A stretch of DNA of 54,539 bases. Source: a virus. Taxonomy: Duplodnaviria; Caudoviricetes. Where the stretch lies: positions 1-54,539 of IMG/VR virus record IMGVR_UViG_3300027851_000034. One strand, given 5' to 3'. The position numbers and the translations under genes are program-made. The first letter of the stretch is position 1. Each line of letters starts with the position of its first letter. Below the pieces are notes generated by a model, which was given only the letters and a program-made list of their open reading frames with translations, had not been told where the DNA came from and did no database searches. This document shows positions 36,745 through 46,146 of the stretch, in pieces.

Positions 36745-37749
36745 CTACAAGAGCCGAGCCATCAGCGCCTCGATCTGCTCAGGGGTTTTGCCTTCCAGCT
36801 TCCCCATCAGGTCTGTCGCCGACATTTGCCGGATCGCTTCCAGCTCATCTGCCGGGCCCGCTGCACTGCCGGGGATCTCCGACAAGCTGGCCGGGCCTTG
36901 CGTCTGGGCCTTTTCGATCACCGCTTTCGCGGTTTCCGCTGCGTTGTGTGCGGCGGGCGGCGTTTGTTGAGTTCTTCCGTTTGCAGCCTTGAACGCATCA
37001 AGCAGCTCGATAACCTGCGCGGACGTGCCCTGCTTGAGCACCACCTCAAAGCCCTGGCGCAAAAAACTCGGGTGTGTGTCAATCCACGCCTTCAGTTCTG
37101 CGCTTTCCGCGAGCGATTCCGCGTCAGGGTGTGCCTGATAGATCGCTCGCCAGTGCTTCTCGGCCTCGGTGATTTCGGCTGTCGCCTGCAGCGGTTTGAC
37201 GGCCTGCTCCAGCTTTGCCTCAAGCGCAGCCATGCGGGCCTCAACCAGCTTTTCAGCCAGTGCCTGCACACCCTTTGCAATGGCGGCTTCACTGAAGTCA
37301 CCAAAAAGCCCAGGGTCTGCACCGGCATCAATCGCGGCCGTGGCCTGGGCCACTGCTGTGTCTGACGCCGTTGGCTTTTGTCCTGCCGCTGCGCGCTGGT
37401 CTGCCTGGGCCTGAAGCGCTGCCAGCTGCTGCTGGGCTGCTTCTGCCTGGGCCTTCCAGTGCTTCTCACCGTCACGTGCCTCTACCAGCTTCTCGTATGG
37501 GATGGTGTGAACACCGTCCTTTGCGAGCACCACCTGGGTGGTGGCTGGCTTGGATTGGTCATCGGTCGTTGTCTTTGCGTCCGCGCTCGGTGCTTTGTCG
37601 GCTTCAGCAGGTGCGGGGTCGGGCTTCCCGCTGTCCACCAGCAAGGTGGTATCGCCCTCGGGCAGAGAAAGAAGCTCTGCCATCTGCGCATCCGTCAAAT
37701 CGCCTGAAGCGGCATGCTCTCGAAAAAACTCAGCTTGAGTCGTTGCCAT
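36745..37749 (-). CDS. Capsid scaffolding protein
   Basis: Between portal and capsid; IPYEKLVEAR; acidic and coiled-coil. Start MATTQ at 37749. Confidence 0.8.
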   Translation of the reverse strand: MATTQAEFFREHAASGDLTDAQMAELLSLPEGDTTLLVDSGKPDPAPAEADKAPSADAKTTTDDQSKPATTQVVLAKDGVHTIPYEKLVEARDGEKHWKAQAEAAQQQLAALQAQADQRAAAGQKPTASDTAVAQATAAIDAGADPGLFGDFSEAAIAKGVQALAEKLVEARMAALEAKLEQAVKPLQATAEITEAEKHWRAIYQAHPDAESLAESAELKAWIDTHPSFLRQGFEVVLKQGTSAQVIELLDAFKAANGRTQQTPPAAHNAAETAKAVIEKAQTQGPASLSEIPGSAAGPADELEAIRQMSATDLMGKLEGKTPEQIEALMARLL

Positions 37750-37906
37750 GCGTCCCTGCCACTTGTCGGAGTGGCCCCAAAGGTCGCGCATTCGACTGGC
37801 CGCGCAGGGGCCTAAGCCCCCACGCTGGTCAATCTCCAGCTACGGGAAGGTGCTACGTCATCACGACGTTGCGGTTCGCCGCCAAGTTGCCCTGGCGACT
37901 TGCTAC

Positions 37907-37948
37907 GCAGTTTGCAAGCACCAGTGAAAAAAGAAAAACCCCACAGGG
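37907..37948 (-). promoter_or_regulatory. Late-promoter motif copy 5 (scaffold-capsid)
   Basis: CCCTGTGGGGTTT-N19-TGCAAACTGC. Confidence 0.65.
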
Positions 37949-37967
37949 TGTGATCCTCTGTGGGGTC
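37927..37967 (-). terminator. Terminator after portal, overlapping the promoter motif
   Basis: ACCCCACAG...CTGTGGGGT stem with long T-tract on the minus strand. Confidence 0.65.
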
Positions 37968-38007
37968 TGCTCTCTGGCGTTTTCAGGCGGAATTCCGGGG
38001 AAAGTCG

Positions 38008-40278
38008 CTACACAACCGAGTCGGCTCGAATTGTTTCTATGCCCTGGTTCTGGCCCACCATGGGGCTGGCTGGCTCCACTGGGTTGGCTGGTGTCAGCGG
38101 GCTGGTGTCACCCGATGCAGAATTGGTAGCAACCGGCGCTTGTCCAGATTGCATGGCGGCCATGTTTTGCCATTCTCCCTGCGGCATGGGGATGTTCGGA
38201 TCAACACCTGCAGGTGTCGGTGGTCTCCAGCCTGCGTTTTGCATCAGCACATCGGCCACCGGCGCAACCTGCGGCATCTGCGCCACCACCTGGGCACCCT
38301 GCATTGCTGCGAAGGCTGCGCGAAGGCCTGACTCCACTGACTCGGACACCAGCTTGGCAATCTCACTGTCAGCCTTGCGCTCCTTGATGGCCACTTCGCG
38401 GGCCTTCAGCTCGTTGCCGGATTTGGCCAGGGCATCGGCCACGGCTTCTTTGATGCGCTGCTCGATGGCCTCGGGGCTTTCCTGCTGTGCAGCAGCTTTG
38501 ATGGCCTCCACCACTTCCTTTTTGTACGGGAGGTCCATCAGCCCAACCATGAATGGCATCACGGCTGCCTGCATGGCTGGAGGCATGCTCTTCACCGCCT
38601 CGCCCAGCGTCGTGAGCTGCTGCGCCCTGAAGCTGCTGGATGTGGGCACATCCTCCAATGCCACCTTCAGGCGCAGGCGCTGCACATCGTTGCTCAGGTA
38701 CTCCACGCCGGTAGCCGGGTCCACCTCGGGCATGTTGAGCATCACGGTGCGCTCTTTCTCAAACGTGTTGCCCTCAATCACCACTGTCTCCTGCTCGCGG
38801 CCAATGTCCTCAATGATCATGGACAGCATGCACTCACCCACCAATGCACGGCTGCGCCCGAACGAATCCATCAACCCGGCCAGCGACTGGGTGGACTGCT
38901 CCACCTGGGTTTGCTCCTGAAGCCCGGACGTCGCAGATCCAGTTCGCCCCATCAAACCAGACGTGATGCCGGATGCTCGCTCAATGCTCATACGGGCGTC
39001 ATCCATCAGCCTGGCCTGCTGTTCGTTGAGCTGATAGTCGCGCTTCACTTCGAACTTCGCACCCGGCTGGCTCATGTGCTCAGGGTTGAGCACGATGTCG
39101 GCGTCAACGCGTGCAACTTGTTGTCGGAAAATCGCATCCGGCATGGCAACCGCGCCCTTTGTGCGCTCGACTCGCACAGCACTCATGCCCCAACGCAGCT
39201 TGCTGATTGCGCTGTTTAGGGAGTCCTGAGGGAAGATCATCGCCTTGATGCGGCCATACGGCACGCCGGTAGCATCCTCGCGGGTATCAAAAAACGGGAT
39301 GTACCCGAAATAGCGGTGCTTGTGCGGGCTTGGTCCGTCCTCCAGGCGGTGCGGGCCAAGGAAGAACGCACGGCGCACACGAGACACCAAGGCCTTGACC
39401 ACCTTGACAACGCCAGTGGCCACGGCCACGTTGTGCGCTTGGTTGGCTGGGTCGTACTCAACCGCCCTGCCGTCGCGGTGCCTCAGCACCGTGACTTCCA
39501 CCCACCTCCGGTACCACACCTCGAAGATGCACACATGGCGTGTCGAAGTGTCGTGCCACATCTGCTCCTCGTGCGTCCACGACCGCTGTGTTTCCCACGA
39601 ATCAGACAGGCCTGTTCCGGTGGAGCCGTCCATGCTCAAGTCCCATTCACCGGACCACCGGCCATCGATGCGCTCGATCAGGTCTTTGTGCCTCCTGAAC
39701 GTCTGCGCAGCGGAGCGGATGTGCATCCACTTCTTGCGCACCAGCCAGCGCCAGTCTGTGGTGTCTGGCTCCTTGCCCTTCATGTCCCAAAAAATCTCAT
39801 TTCTGTGGATGGGGGCGCACTTGTAAGGGTATTTGAATGGGTCGCTCTCGCGCCTGACTTCCACCCAGCCAACGCCTACGCCAGCCTGGGGCTTGAAAGC
39901 CTCGCCACACGCCACATCGGCCCCGCTGTGCCGCTCGGCTTGGTTCAGCTTGTAGTTCAGTGCATCGGCAACGTCCTGCCCCTGCGGGTCGCCATCAGGG
40001 CTGACGCGCCAGTCCTTTCTGGTCTTGACTTCCATGCCTATCAGCGCATTGATGGCAGGCTGGATGACGTTTTCAACAGCTGGCGGGATGCCGAGAGCCT
40101 TCTGCTTTTGCAGCAACTCGCTGTTGAGCTGATTGCCGTCGTAGTAGTCCATCTCCTTGTCGGCACGAGCGCGCCACGCGGGCTGGTTTTCGATCTCTTC
40201 AAGGATGTCCGAGAACTCGTCCGGCGTCATGGCCTCGCCCATCTTGGCGCTGTCTTTGGGGGTGTTTTCGTCGTTCAT
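38008..40278 (-). CDS. Portal protein (P22-like)
   Basis: WRARADKEMDYYDGNQ...ENVIQPAINALIG; after terL. Start MNDENT at 40278. Confidence 0.9.
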   Translation of the reverse strand: MNDENTPKDSAKMGEAMTPDEFSDILEEIENQPAWRARADKEMDYYDGNQLNSELLQKQKALGIPPAVENVIQPAINALIGMEVKTRKDWRVSPDGDPQGQDVADALNYKLNQAERHSGADVACGEAFKPQAGVGVGWVEVRRESDPFKYPYKCAPIHRNEIFWDMKGKEPDTTDWRWLVRKKWMHIRSAAQTFRRHKDLIERIDGRWSGEWDLSMDGSTGTGLSDSWETQRSWTHEEQMWHDTSTRHVCIFEVWYRRWVEVTVLRHRDGRAVEYDPANQAHNVAVATGVVKVVKALVSRVRRAFFLGPHRLEDGPSPHKHRYFGYIPFFDTREDATGVPYGRIKAMIFPQDSLNSAISKLRWGMSAVRVERTKGAVAMPDAIFRQQVARVDADIVLNPEHMSQPGAKFEVKRDYQLNEQQARLMDDARMSIERASGITSGLMGRTGSATSGLQEQTQVEQSTQSLAGLMDSFGRSRALVGECMLSMIIEDIGREQETVVIEGNTFEKERTVMLNMPEVDPATGVEYLSNDVQRLRLKVALEDVPTSSSFRAQQLTTLGEAVKSMPPAMQAAVMPFMVGLMDLPYKKEVVEAIKAAAQQESPEAIEQRIKEAVADALAKSGNELKAREVAIKERKADSEIAKLVSESVESGLRAAFAAMQGAQVVAQMPQVAPVADVLMQNAGWRPPTPAGVDPNIPMPQGEWQNMAAMQSGQAPVATNSASGDTSPLTPANPVEPASPMVGQNQGIETIRADSVV

Positions 40279-40289
40279 GTGGGGTGGCC

Positions 40290-41888
40290 TCACAGTTGCC
40301 AATCGGGTGGTGGCGGGGGGTCGTAATCGTTTCGGGCGGCGGCCGATGGCTCATGACTGAGATTGGCCAGCCATCCAAGCTCCTTGGCCTGTGCCCATTG
40401 CCTCAGTGCGTCCGCGCCCTCGCTGCATCCATTGGCCTTGTCTGGCTCGTCAATGAACCGGGCCTGCACCGTGCTGTACTTTTTGCGGTAGCCGTCAATG
40501 CGCTTGATGCCCTGGTCGCAGCGCGCACGGTCAAACCACGCGGCCTTGAGGTGCTTGCGTGTGGCAAAGATGCCTGTTTGCAGCTCTGAAATGCGCGGAA
40601 CGACCATGAAGCGAACACCTGGCATCAGCGCTTGCAGCATCTGCTTGGTGCTTCGGTTGAAGTCGCTCAGCCGCTGGTGGTCCGCGTCGTGGGGCAGGAA
40701 CATGGTCCCCCACACATAACCGCGCTTGTTCAGCTCTTTCACGTAGTGGCGCAAGTCCTCACCGTGGCCCTCTTCGTAGTCGATGAAGCGGTCCTCGCCG
40801 CGCAGCTCTTGGTGGAACCACACGGCGCACCCATCGGTGTTGCCGATGTCCCAGAACGTGTTCACGGGCATGTCAAGCACGGGCACATCACAGATTCCGC
40901 CTCGCTTGCGCAGTGCAGCCATGTCTTTGGCGTAATAGTTGCCCTCGGTGCTGACCTGGAACGCCTCGGTCGGCGTGCTTGGGTACTCCTGCCACATCCG
41001 CTCTTCGCGGCCTGCAAAGTCGGCCGTGATGGTTGCCACGTACCAGGCCCGCTGGTCTGGGTCGATGCGGCAACCCATCTCCACCTCTACCCGATCGAAG
41101 TATTCATGCCATGCGCGATTGACGGGCACCGTCGTGGCATCCATCCGGTAATGCGGGTCTTGCCACCAGGCGTAGAAGTGGAATCGATAGTCCCGTGGCG
41201 TGAGTGGCAGCTTGGCCAGGTGGTGTTTTTCGGCCTGATCACACAGCTTGGCAAAATCGCCCTCTTTGCCCTCGGCCGTCGATTCGATGACAAGGATGCC
41301 GTTGGTAGGCACTGCCGGTATCGAGCCGGTCATCACCTCCTGCGCCTTGTCCGGGTACTTCGCGCAAATCTTCCCGAACTCGCTGATGTGCAGGCGGTGG
41401 ATCGTGCCCGAGCGCATGCTGGTTGCCACTCGCACGCTGCTGTTGTTGTGGCCGAACACCAGCTCGTCGGCGTTGTTCGCAGCAAGCGGAAAGCGGTCTC
41501 TCAGCTCTTCAGGCAAGTTGTCGTAGGCAAACTTCACCTTGTCGCGGAACAACACCTTCGCGGCGTCGCGGTCTTGAGCGATGATGCCGCAGCGCTGGTC
41601 AGGGTTGAACAGTGCATGGTCGAGCCAAAGAATGCAGATCAGCGTGGTGAAGCCCAGCTGCCGCGCCTTGAGAATCAGGTTGCGGTGCCACAGTCGCTTG
41701 ATAAACCGCCTCTGCGCCCGGTTGGGCTTGAAAGGCATATGCGTTTCGTCGCTGTTCGGGTCATCACCTTTGACCATGATGCGGTACAGCGCTCCACTGA
41801 ATAACCGTTGCTCAGGGTCAGCAAGGAACCTTTCCAGCTCTTCTGGATTGCTTGGCAGATTTGGCGATGGGATTACATGCGTGGTCAT
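40290..41888 (-). CDS. terL: Terminase large subunit
   Basis: ILKARQLGFTT Walker A, LHISE Walker B, IESTAEG, WDIG nuclease motif. Confidence 0.95.
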   Translation of the reverse strand: MTTHVIPSPNLPSNPEELERFLADPEQRLFSGALYRIMVKGDDPNSDETHMPFKPNRAQRRFIKRLWHRNLILKARQLGFTTLICILWLDHALFNPDQRCGIIAQDRDAAKVLFRDKVKFAYDNLPEELRDRFPLAANNADELVFGHNNSSVRVATSMRSGTIHRLHISEFGKICAKYPDKAQEVMTGSIPAVPTNGILVIESTAEGKEGDFAKLCDQAEKHHLAKLPLTPRDYRFHFYAWWQDPHYRMDATTVPVNRAWHEYFDRVEVEMGCRIDPDQRAWYVATITADFAGREERMWQEYPSTPTEAFQVSTEGNYYAKDMAALRKRGGICDVPVLDMPVNTFWDIGNTDGCAVWFHQELRGEDRFIDYEEGHGEDLRHYVKELNKRGYVWGTMFLPHDADHQRLSDFNRSTKQMLQALMPGVRFMVVPRISELQTGIFATRKHLKAAWFDRARCDQGIKRIDGYRKKYSTVQARFIDEPDKANGCSEGADALRQWAQAKELGWLANLSHEPSAAARNDYDPPPPPDWQL

Positions 41889-42574
41889 GCCAAAGCCTTT
41901 CCGCATTCCCTTGACAAAACCTTGCGGCAACGGCCTGTCACCCTCTCCATTTCTCGATAGCTCATGCCCTTGGCCCGCATGTCAAGCCAGCATTGAATCT
42001 CGCGGCCAATGAACGCTGTGCGCTCGTCGGTCAGCTTCTTCTTGGCGCTGGTGCCAAGCAAGGCGTGGCGTGCCCTCAGCGCCTCGCTGATGTTGTCCAT
42101 CGTTGATTGCTTGACTGGTGGCATCTTGCGGCCCTTGAGCCTGATTGCATGCGCAGCCTTGCGCTCGTCGCTCCACGGTGTGTGCTTCTGCCTACCCTCT
42201 TCAATGGCCAGCAATGCCGCTGCTCTGCGCCTTTCCTTCTCTTCGTCTGTCATCTTGCGTCCACGGTTCGCATGGTGGGCTGCATAGATTGAATCGGACA
42301 CTGGGGCCGTGTTCAGTGCGATGGTGATGTTCTTGTCGATGTGGGCCTGTTCTGCCGCCAGCAAGTCCTCGCATTCATCACACACTTGGGCAACGCTGAA
42401 TGCCAAGTCGGCCTCGCCATACTTGTTGAAGATGCGCTGCAAGTGCTTGCTATGGTGCGTGTTTTTGCGAAGGTAGTGCAAATGCTCCGCAAACCGCTGC
42501 TTGGTCGTGCGGGTTGTAGAACCGACGTACACACGGCCAGTTGACAAGCTGGTGATGTAGTAAACGGCTTTCAT
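41885..42574 (-). CDS. Free-standing GIY-YIG homing endonuclease with NUMOD3-like repeats
   Basis: VYYI...VYVGST...RFAEH; GRKMTDEEK; ATGA-coupled on both sides. Confidence 0.85.
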   Translation of the reverse strand: MKAVYYITSLSTGRVYVGSTTRTTKQRFAEHLHYLRKNTHHSKHLQRIFNKYGEADLAFSVAQVCDECEDLLAAEQAHIDKNITIALNTAPVSDSIYAAHHANRGRKMTDEEKERRRAAALLAIEEGRQKHTPWSDERKAAHAIRLKGRKMPPVKQSTMDNISEALRARHALLGTSAKKKLTDERTAFIGREIQCWLDMRAKGMSYREMERVTGRCRKVLSRECGKALA

Positions 42575-43257
42575 TCGTCGTCGTCCTGGCTGTGAGCTGG
42601 ATCGATGGCCACGGGCTTGAATGCAGAGCCTGCGTTGGAGTTGATGCGCTTGATCAGCGCGGTCAGCGGATCGTCGGCCACATCAGCCTTGTCCATCCCG
42701 AACTCGCGTCGCTCAAGGTCGATGGCAATGCGCAGAGTCTCGGCCAGCTGCTTCGCCGCCTTGGAGCGCTCGGGCAAGCTGATGACGGCCCGGTACACAT
42801 CGTTCAAGCGGTCGCGCCCGTTGTCGTCTTCTTCGCGCATCCGGTCGCCCAGCTCTCGCAGCAACGCCGCCTGCTCTGGCCCGCTGCTGGCCTCCAGCTC
42901 GTCAAGCTGGGCGGCAATGATGGTCTGCAACCGGCCAATGCTCTTGCGGTGCCCAAGCCTGATGGCTGCAGCCTGCGCGCCGTTCTCCAAAACTATTTGA
43001 GCCTCGGTTACCGGGTTGTTGGTAACCATCGTGGTAACCGCTGCCTTGGTAACCAGTTCATCGGCCTTTGCCTGAATCTTTGCGCTGAGGTCGCGGGTCC
43101 ACCCAAACTTCTTCGCCCGCTTGTTGATGGCCACATGGGAAACACCACGGTCGTGCCCAATCTGGCGCAGCGCAATCACACCGGCACGGTAGTCGCGCTC
43201 AATGGCCTCCCAGTCAACTGGCGGCTTTTGCGCTTTTGTGGCGGTCTTTTCACTCAT
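42571..43257 (-). CDS. terS: Terminase small subunit
   Basis: DWEAIERDYRAG...AINKRAKKFGWTRDL HTH. Confidence 0.85.
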   Translation of the reverse strand: MSEKTATKAQKPPVDWEAIERDYRAGVIALRQIGHDRGVSHVAINKRAKKFGWTRDLSAKIQAKADELVTKAAVTTMVTNNPVTEAQIVLENGAQAAAIRLGHRKSIGRLQTIIAAQLDELEASSGPEQAALLRELGDRMREEDDNGRDRLNDVYRAVISLPERSKAAKQLAETLRIAIDLERREFGMDKADVADDPLTALIKRINSNAGSAFKPVAIDPAHSQDDDE

Positions 43258-43263
43258 GGGCCG

Positions 43264-43304
43264 GCACTGTGCCGGTGATGGAGCGAGGTTTCAAACCCCA
43301 CAGG
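43264..43304 (-). promoter_or_regulatory. Late-promoter motif copy 6 (terminase)
   Basis: CCTGTGGGGTTT-N19-GGCACAGTGC, just upstream of ATG 43257. Confidence 0.7.
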
Positions 43305-43370
43305 TGGCTGTGGTGCGGATTGCGACGCGTGGCTCGCCCTTGCAAATTAAGGTTGGCCAAATTGGCAGCG

Positions 43371-43601
43371 CTACTCGCCCAAATCGTCATCGGCCCCCAC
43401 AGCCCGACGCCAGTGCACGCAGCCGACTTCGGGCTGTGAGCGGATCATGACACTGGACCCCTCGCGACAAATCGCAGCAATGCCATCCGCCTGCTTCCCC
43501 GCCACGATCACTGGGGACCAGCCAGCGAAAAAGGTGCAGTGCTTGCAGGGGCGGTGGTTGGGTTTTTGGGCGGGCAGCAGGCCGGGTGGGCGGTCGGGCA
43601 C
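43371..43601 (-). CDS. Small putative Zn-binding protein
   Basis: PCKHC...C...GCVHWRR..GADD; palindrome AATTAGG-N4-CCTAATT at 43612-43629 upstream. Confidence 0.55.
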   Translation of the reverse strand: MPDRPPGLLPAQKPNHRPCKHCTFFAGWSPVIVAGKQADGIAAICREGSSVMIRSQPEVGCVHWRRAVGADDDLGE

Positions 43602-43758
43602 GGCGGGCAGAAATTAGGGCAGCCTAATTGGGAATATGCAATTTTCCAAGGGCCACCCGTAAAATTCAATGGCCCGCAGCGCATCGGCTCCCACTGGTCT
43701 CGGTGGTTTCGTTCCGGACGTACAGGTCAGGCATGCGGGCCCCAAACACCACGCAAGG

Positions 43759-44142
43759 TCACAGCGCCCTTTTCATCTGCCCAATCGCACTGACGAGCGC
43801 ATCAACAACCAGCGCACCCCCGTACATCCCGCCCATGGCTCGATCCTCCTGCGGCGTGAGATGGAGCACTGTGTCACCAACCTCAATGACGGTTGTTCCA
43901 TCCGCCAGCGCTGTGCGTGAAATCGGGCGTGCAGCAGGAAACGTGGAGACGTACTGATAGACGCCACGCTCGCGACGCTTGATCTGCCCAGACTCGATCA
44001 ATTCATCAAGCCGCTCCTTGATCGTGTTGGGCGATAGGGCTGTCAATCTGATGATGTCGTTGCGCGGCGCCATGCCGGTCGTTGCTGTCAGCTCTTTGAT
44101 GCAGTTGAGGACAACTTCAAGCGTTGATGTGGCGGCATTCAT
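43759..44142 (-). CDS. Winged-HTH protein; candidate late-gene activator
   Basis: IKERLDELIESGQIKRRERGVY; RBS CAGGAG; last gene of the early operon (Q-equivalent position). Confidence 0.7.
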   Translation of the reverse strand: MNAATSTLEVVLNCIKELTATTGMAPRNDIIRLTALSPNTIKERLDELIESGQIKRRERGVYQYVSTFPAARPISRTALADGTTVIEVGDTVLHLTPQEDRAMGGMYGGALVVDALVSAIGQMKRAL

Positions 44143-44204
44143 GCGTTTTGGCTCCTGTGTTTGCATCCTGAGCAACGACGGTCGGTTGTGGCATGCGTAG
44201 AGAT

Positions 44205-44492
44205 TCACGAGGTCATCAGCCTTTCAATCGTGTCTGCAAGCCCGTCCATCTCCCCAACTCCGGCCAGCTTCCAGGCGCGTCGCTGGCCGTGAATGCCGTC
44301 CGGACTGCTGTTGGCGTGGTGTACATCGCAGAGGGGGATGGTCAAAAAGTGGCTGGCGCGCTGGGCCATGCCCTGGCCTTCGCGCAGGTGGTGCACCTGG
44401 GCTGGGCTGGGGCCATACCCGAGGTGTCGGCACAGGTAGCAGCCAAGCTCCGCCACCCGGCCCATGTGTTCACGTTCGGCTTTGGTGGTCAC
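44205..44492 (-). CDS. Ref-like (RecA-dependent) HNH-type nuclease
   Basis: ELGCYLC...VHH...GQGMAQRASH..TIPLC..HH. Confidence 0.8.
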   Translation of the reverse strand: MTTKAEREHMGRVAELGCYLCRHLGYGPSPAQVHHLREGQGMAQRASHFLTIPLCDVHHANSSPDGIHGQRRAWKLAGVGEMDGLADTIERLMTS

Positions 44493-44740
44493 GCCACGTC
44501 CTCTTCGTCGTAGGAGAAGCCGATATGCTGGTCATCCCCCAAAGTCAGGGTTATGCGCATGCCTTCAAACCGACATAACTGGCTTGGCTGATGCAATGGG
44601 CTCACGAAATAGCCCAATGTTTTTAACTCCTGGGCCAGGTCGTACCATGAGCCGCTAGCAAGGTAAACCCGCGTGGGCTCTTTGCCGGTGGCCTCATAGA
44701 ACTTGGCAGCTTTGCGGCGAATGTTTGTGATTGCGCTCAT
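44489..44740 (-). CDS. Hypothetical protein
   Basis: Coupled overlaps at both ends. Confidence 0.6.
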   Translation of the reverse strand: MSAITNIRRKAAKFYEATGKEPTRVYLASGSWYDLAQELKTLGYFVSPLHQPSQLCRFEGMRITLTLGDDQHIGFSYDEEDVA

Positions 44741-45201
44741 CCACGGCTCCATGCATCGACCATCGCGTAACGCTGCTCAGGGTCGAGGTGCGGCCAGAGC
44801 GCGGCCTGGGCCTGCTGGGTCCACAGGAAGTTCTGCATGGCCATTCGGACCTCGGTGAACTCGCGTTCGTCAAGGGCGTGCCAAGAAATGGACTTGGGCA
44901 CAGCGACAAGCTGGCCATCGGCGCTGGGCATGAACTCCACAAAACCCGCGCCCACCTTCAGGAACACCAACAGGTGCTCGATGTCGGCAAAGGTCTCCTG
45001 CATGCCCAGCAACTCATTGACGCCGGCGAAGAACCAGCGGTGGTGCCGGGGGCTTCGGGGCACCCGGTAGGAGAACAAGAAGGTATCGCCCGGGGTGGCT
45101 TCTTGCAGCATGCGCTTGAACTTCACCAGGCTGGCGTGGTACTTCTCACCCAAGCCGCACAGCTTGCCGTCATTGCCACGCATCACGACGATCTCAGGCA
45201 T
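44737..45201 (-). CDS. DUF1367-like protein
   Basis: PRSPRHHRWFFA...LKVGAGF...VPKSISW. Confidence 0.75.
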   Translation of the reverse strand: MPEIVVMRGNDGKLCGLGEKYHASLVKFKRMLQEATPGDTFLFSYRVPRSPRHHRWFFAGVNELLGMQETFADIEHLLVFLKVGAGFVEFMPSADGQLVAVPKSISWHALDEREFTEVRMAMQNFLWTQQAQAALWPHLDPEQRYAMVDAWSRG

Positions 45202-45523
45202 TGCACACCCCTTTGAATCCGATGCGCTGCAAATACGTGGCGGGCAACGACTTCCAGTCGAATGAATCCACAAAACTGCCGCAACGGTGTTCGCGATTGG
45301 TCATCACATGCCCTGCGCCTGGGCACACACTGCTGAACTTGAGGCCCAGCATTGCGGTGCGCTCATGGCAAGAAACAGGTGCCGATTGCCTGCATTCACC
45401 GCAAACGCTGTTCAGGTGTGCCCACCAGTCGCACCCGGCGCAGCACGGGCCATGCTTCCAATAAAAGGAATCCACGGCCTCTTGGACCTTGAATTGCGCA
45501 AGGCTCACGACGTTCTCAGGCAT
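45194..45523 (-). CDS. Cys-rich hypothetical protein
   Basis: CCAGCDWW...GEC...HRCGSF. Confidence 0.65.
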   Translation of the reverse strand: MPENVVSLAQFKVQEAVDSFYWKHGPCCAGCDWWAHLNSVCGECRQSAPVSCHERTAMLGLKFSSVCPGAGHVMTNREHRCGSFVDSFDWKSLPATYLQRIGFKGVCNA

Positions 45524-45749
45524 GCCGCCTCCCAGCCTCGTACCAATAAGCATTGGTTGATGTCACGACACCTCCGCATGCTGAACACCGCCACTTGGCA
45601 TTAAGTTTCCCGGGGGATTCACTGATGAATTCGTGACGCTGGCACGCATTCAGCTTGGCTTGATTGGCCTGTACATCACTCCAGATTTCGAGCATGGTCG
45701 TGCGGCTCAACCCGGTGGCAGCACTCAGGGTGTCCACAGAATCAGCCAT
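45516..45749 (-). CDS. Small Zn-ribbon-like protein
   Basis: CQRHEF...WRCSACGG. Confidence 0.65.
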   Translation of the reverse strand: MADSVDTLSAATGLSRTTMLEIWSDVQANQAKLNACQRHEFISESPGKLNAKWRCSACGGVVTSTNAYWYEAGRRHA

Positions 45750-46146
45750 GTGTGGTGACCCCATGCAACTCTGCAATCAGCGCAGCGATGCGCTCATCCC
45801 ACGGGCGGATGCTCAGACGCACCATGCCACCCACCACCGGGGCCATTTCCATGCTGATGTGCCACTTGCCATCGTCCAGGCCAAGCACGTCGGCCACACC
45901 GTCGAGGCCGGACTTGATGCTGGACAGACAGTTGTCCATGTCGCGACGCCCCTTTCGCGGCGGGAAAAACACCACATGCACCAGCGCCTTCTCAACGCCC
46001 TCCAATGGGCGCAGGCCTTGAGCAATGCACCGCCAGCCGCACGCCTCCCGGTATGACTTCTTCAGAGTGGCCAGAGCGTGATGGTGCAGCCGGTCATTCG
46101 GACTCAGCCCCTTGGGCGGCCACGGAAGCGTGACGACTTGGATCAC
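45742..46146 (-). CDS. RusA-like Holliday junction resolvase
   Basis: LPWPP..LSPN...RRDMDNCLSSIKSGLDGVAD; GTG start at 46146. Confidence 0.85.
   Translation of the reverse strand: MIQVVTLPWPPKGLSPNDRLHHHALATLKKSYREACGWRCIAQGLRPLEGVEKALVHVVFFPPRKGRRDMDNCLSSIKSGLDGVADVLGLDDGKWHISMEMAPVVGGMVRLSIRPWDERIAALIAELHGVTTHG

Noticed and set aside
41885-42574. Group I intron or intein in terminase
   Set aside because: terS and terL look complete and overlap the endonuclease ORF directly, leaving no room for intron core RNA.
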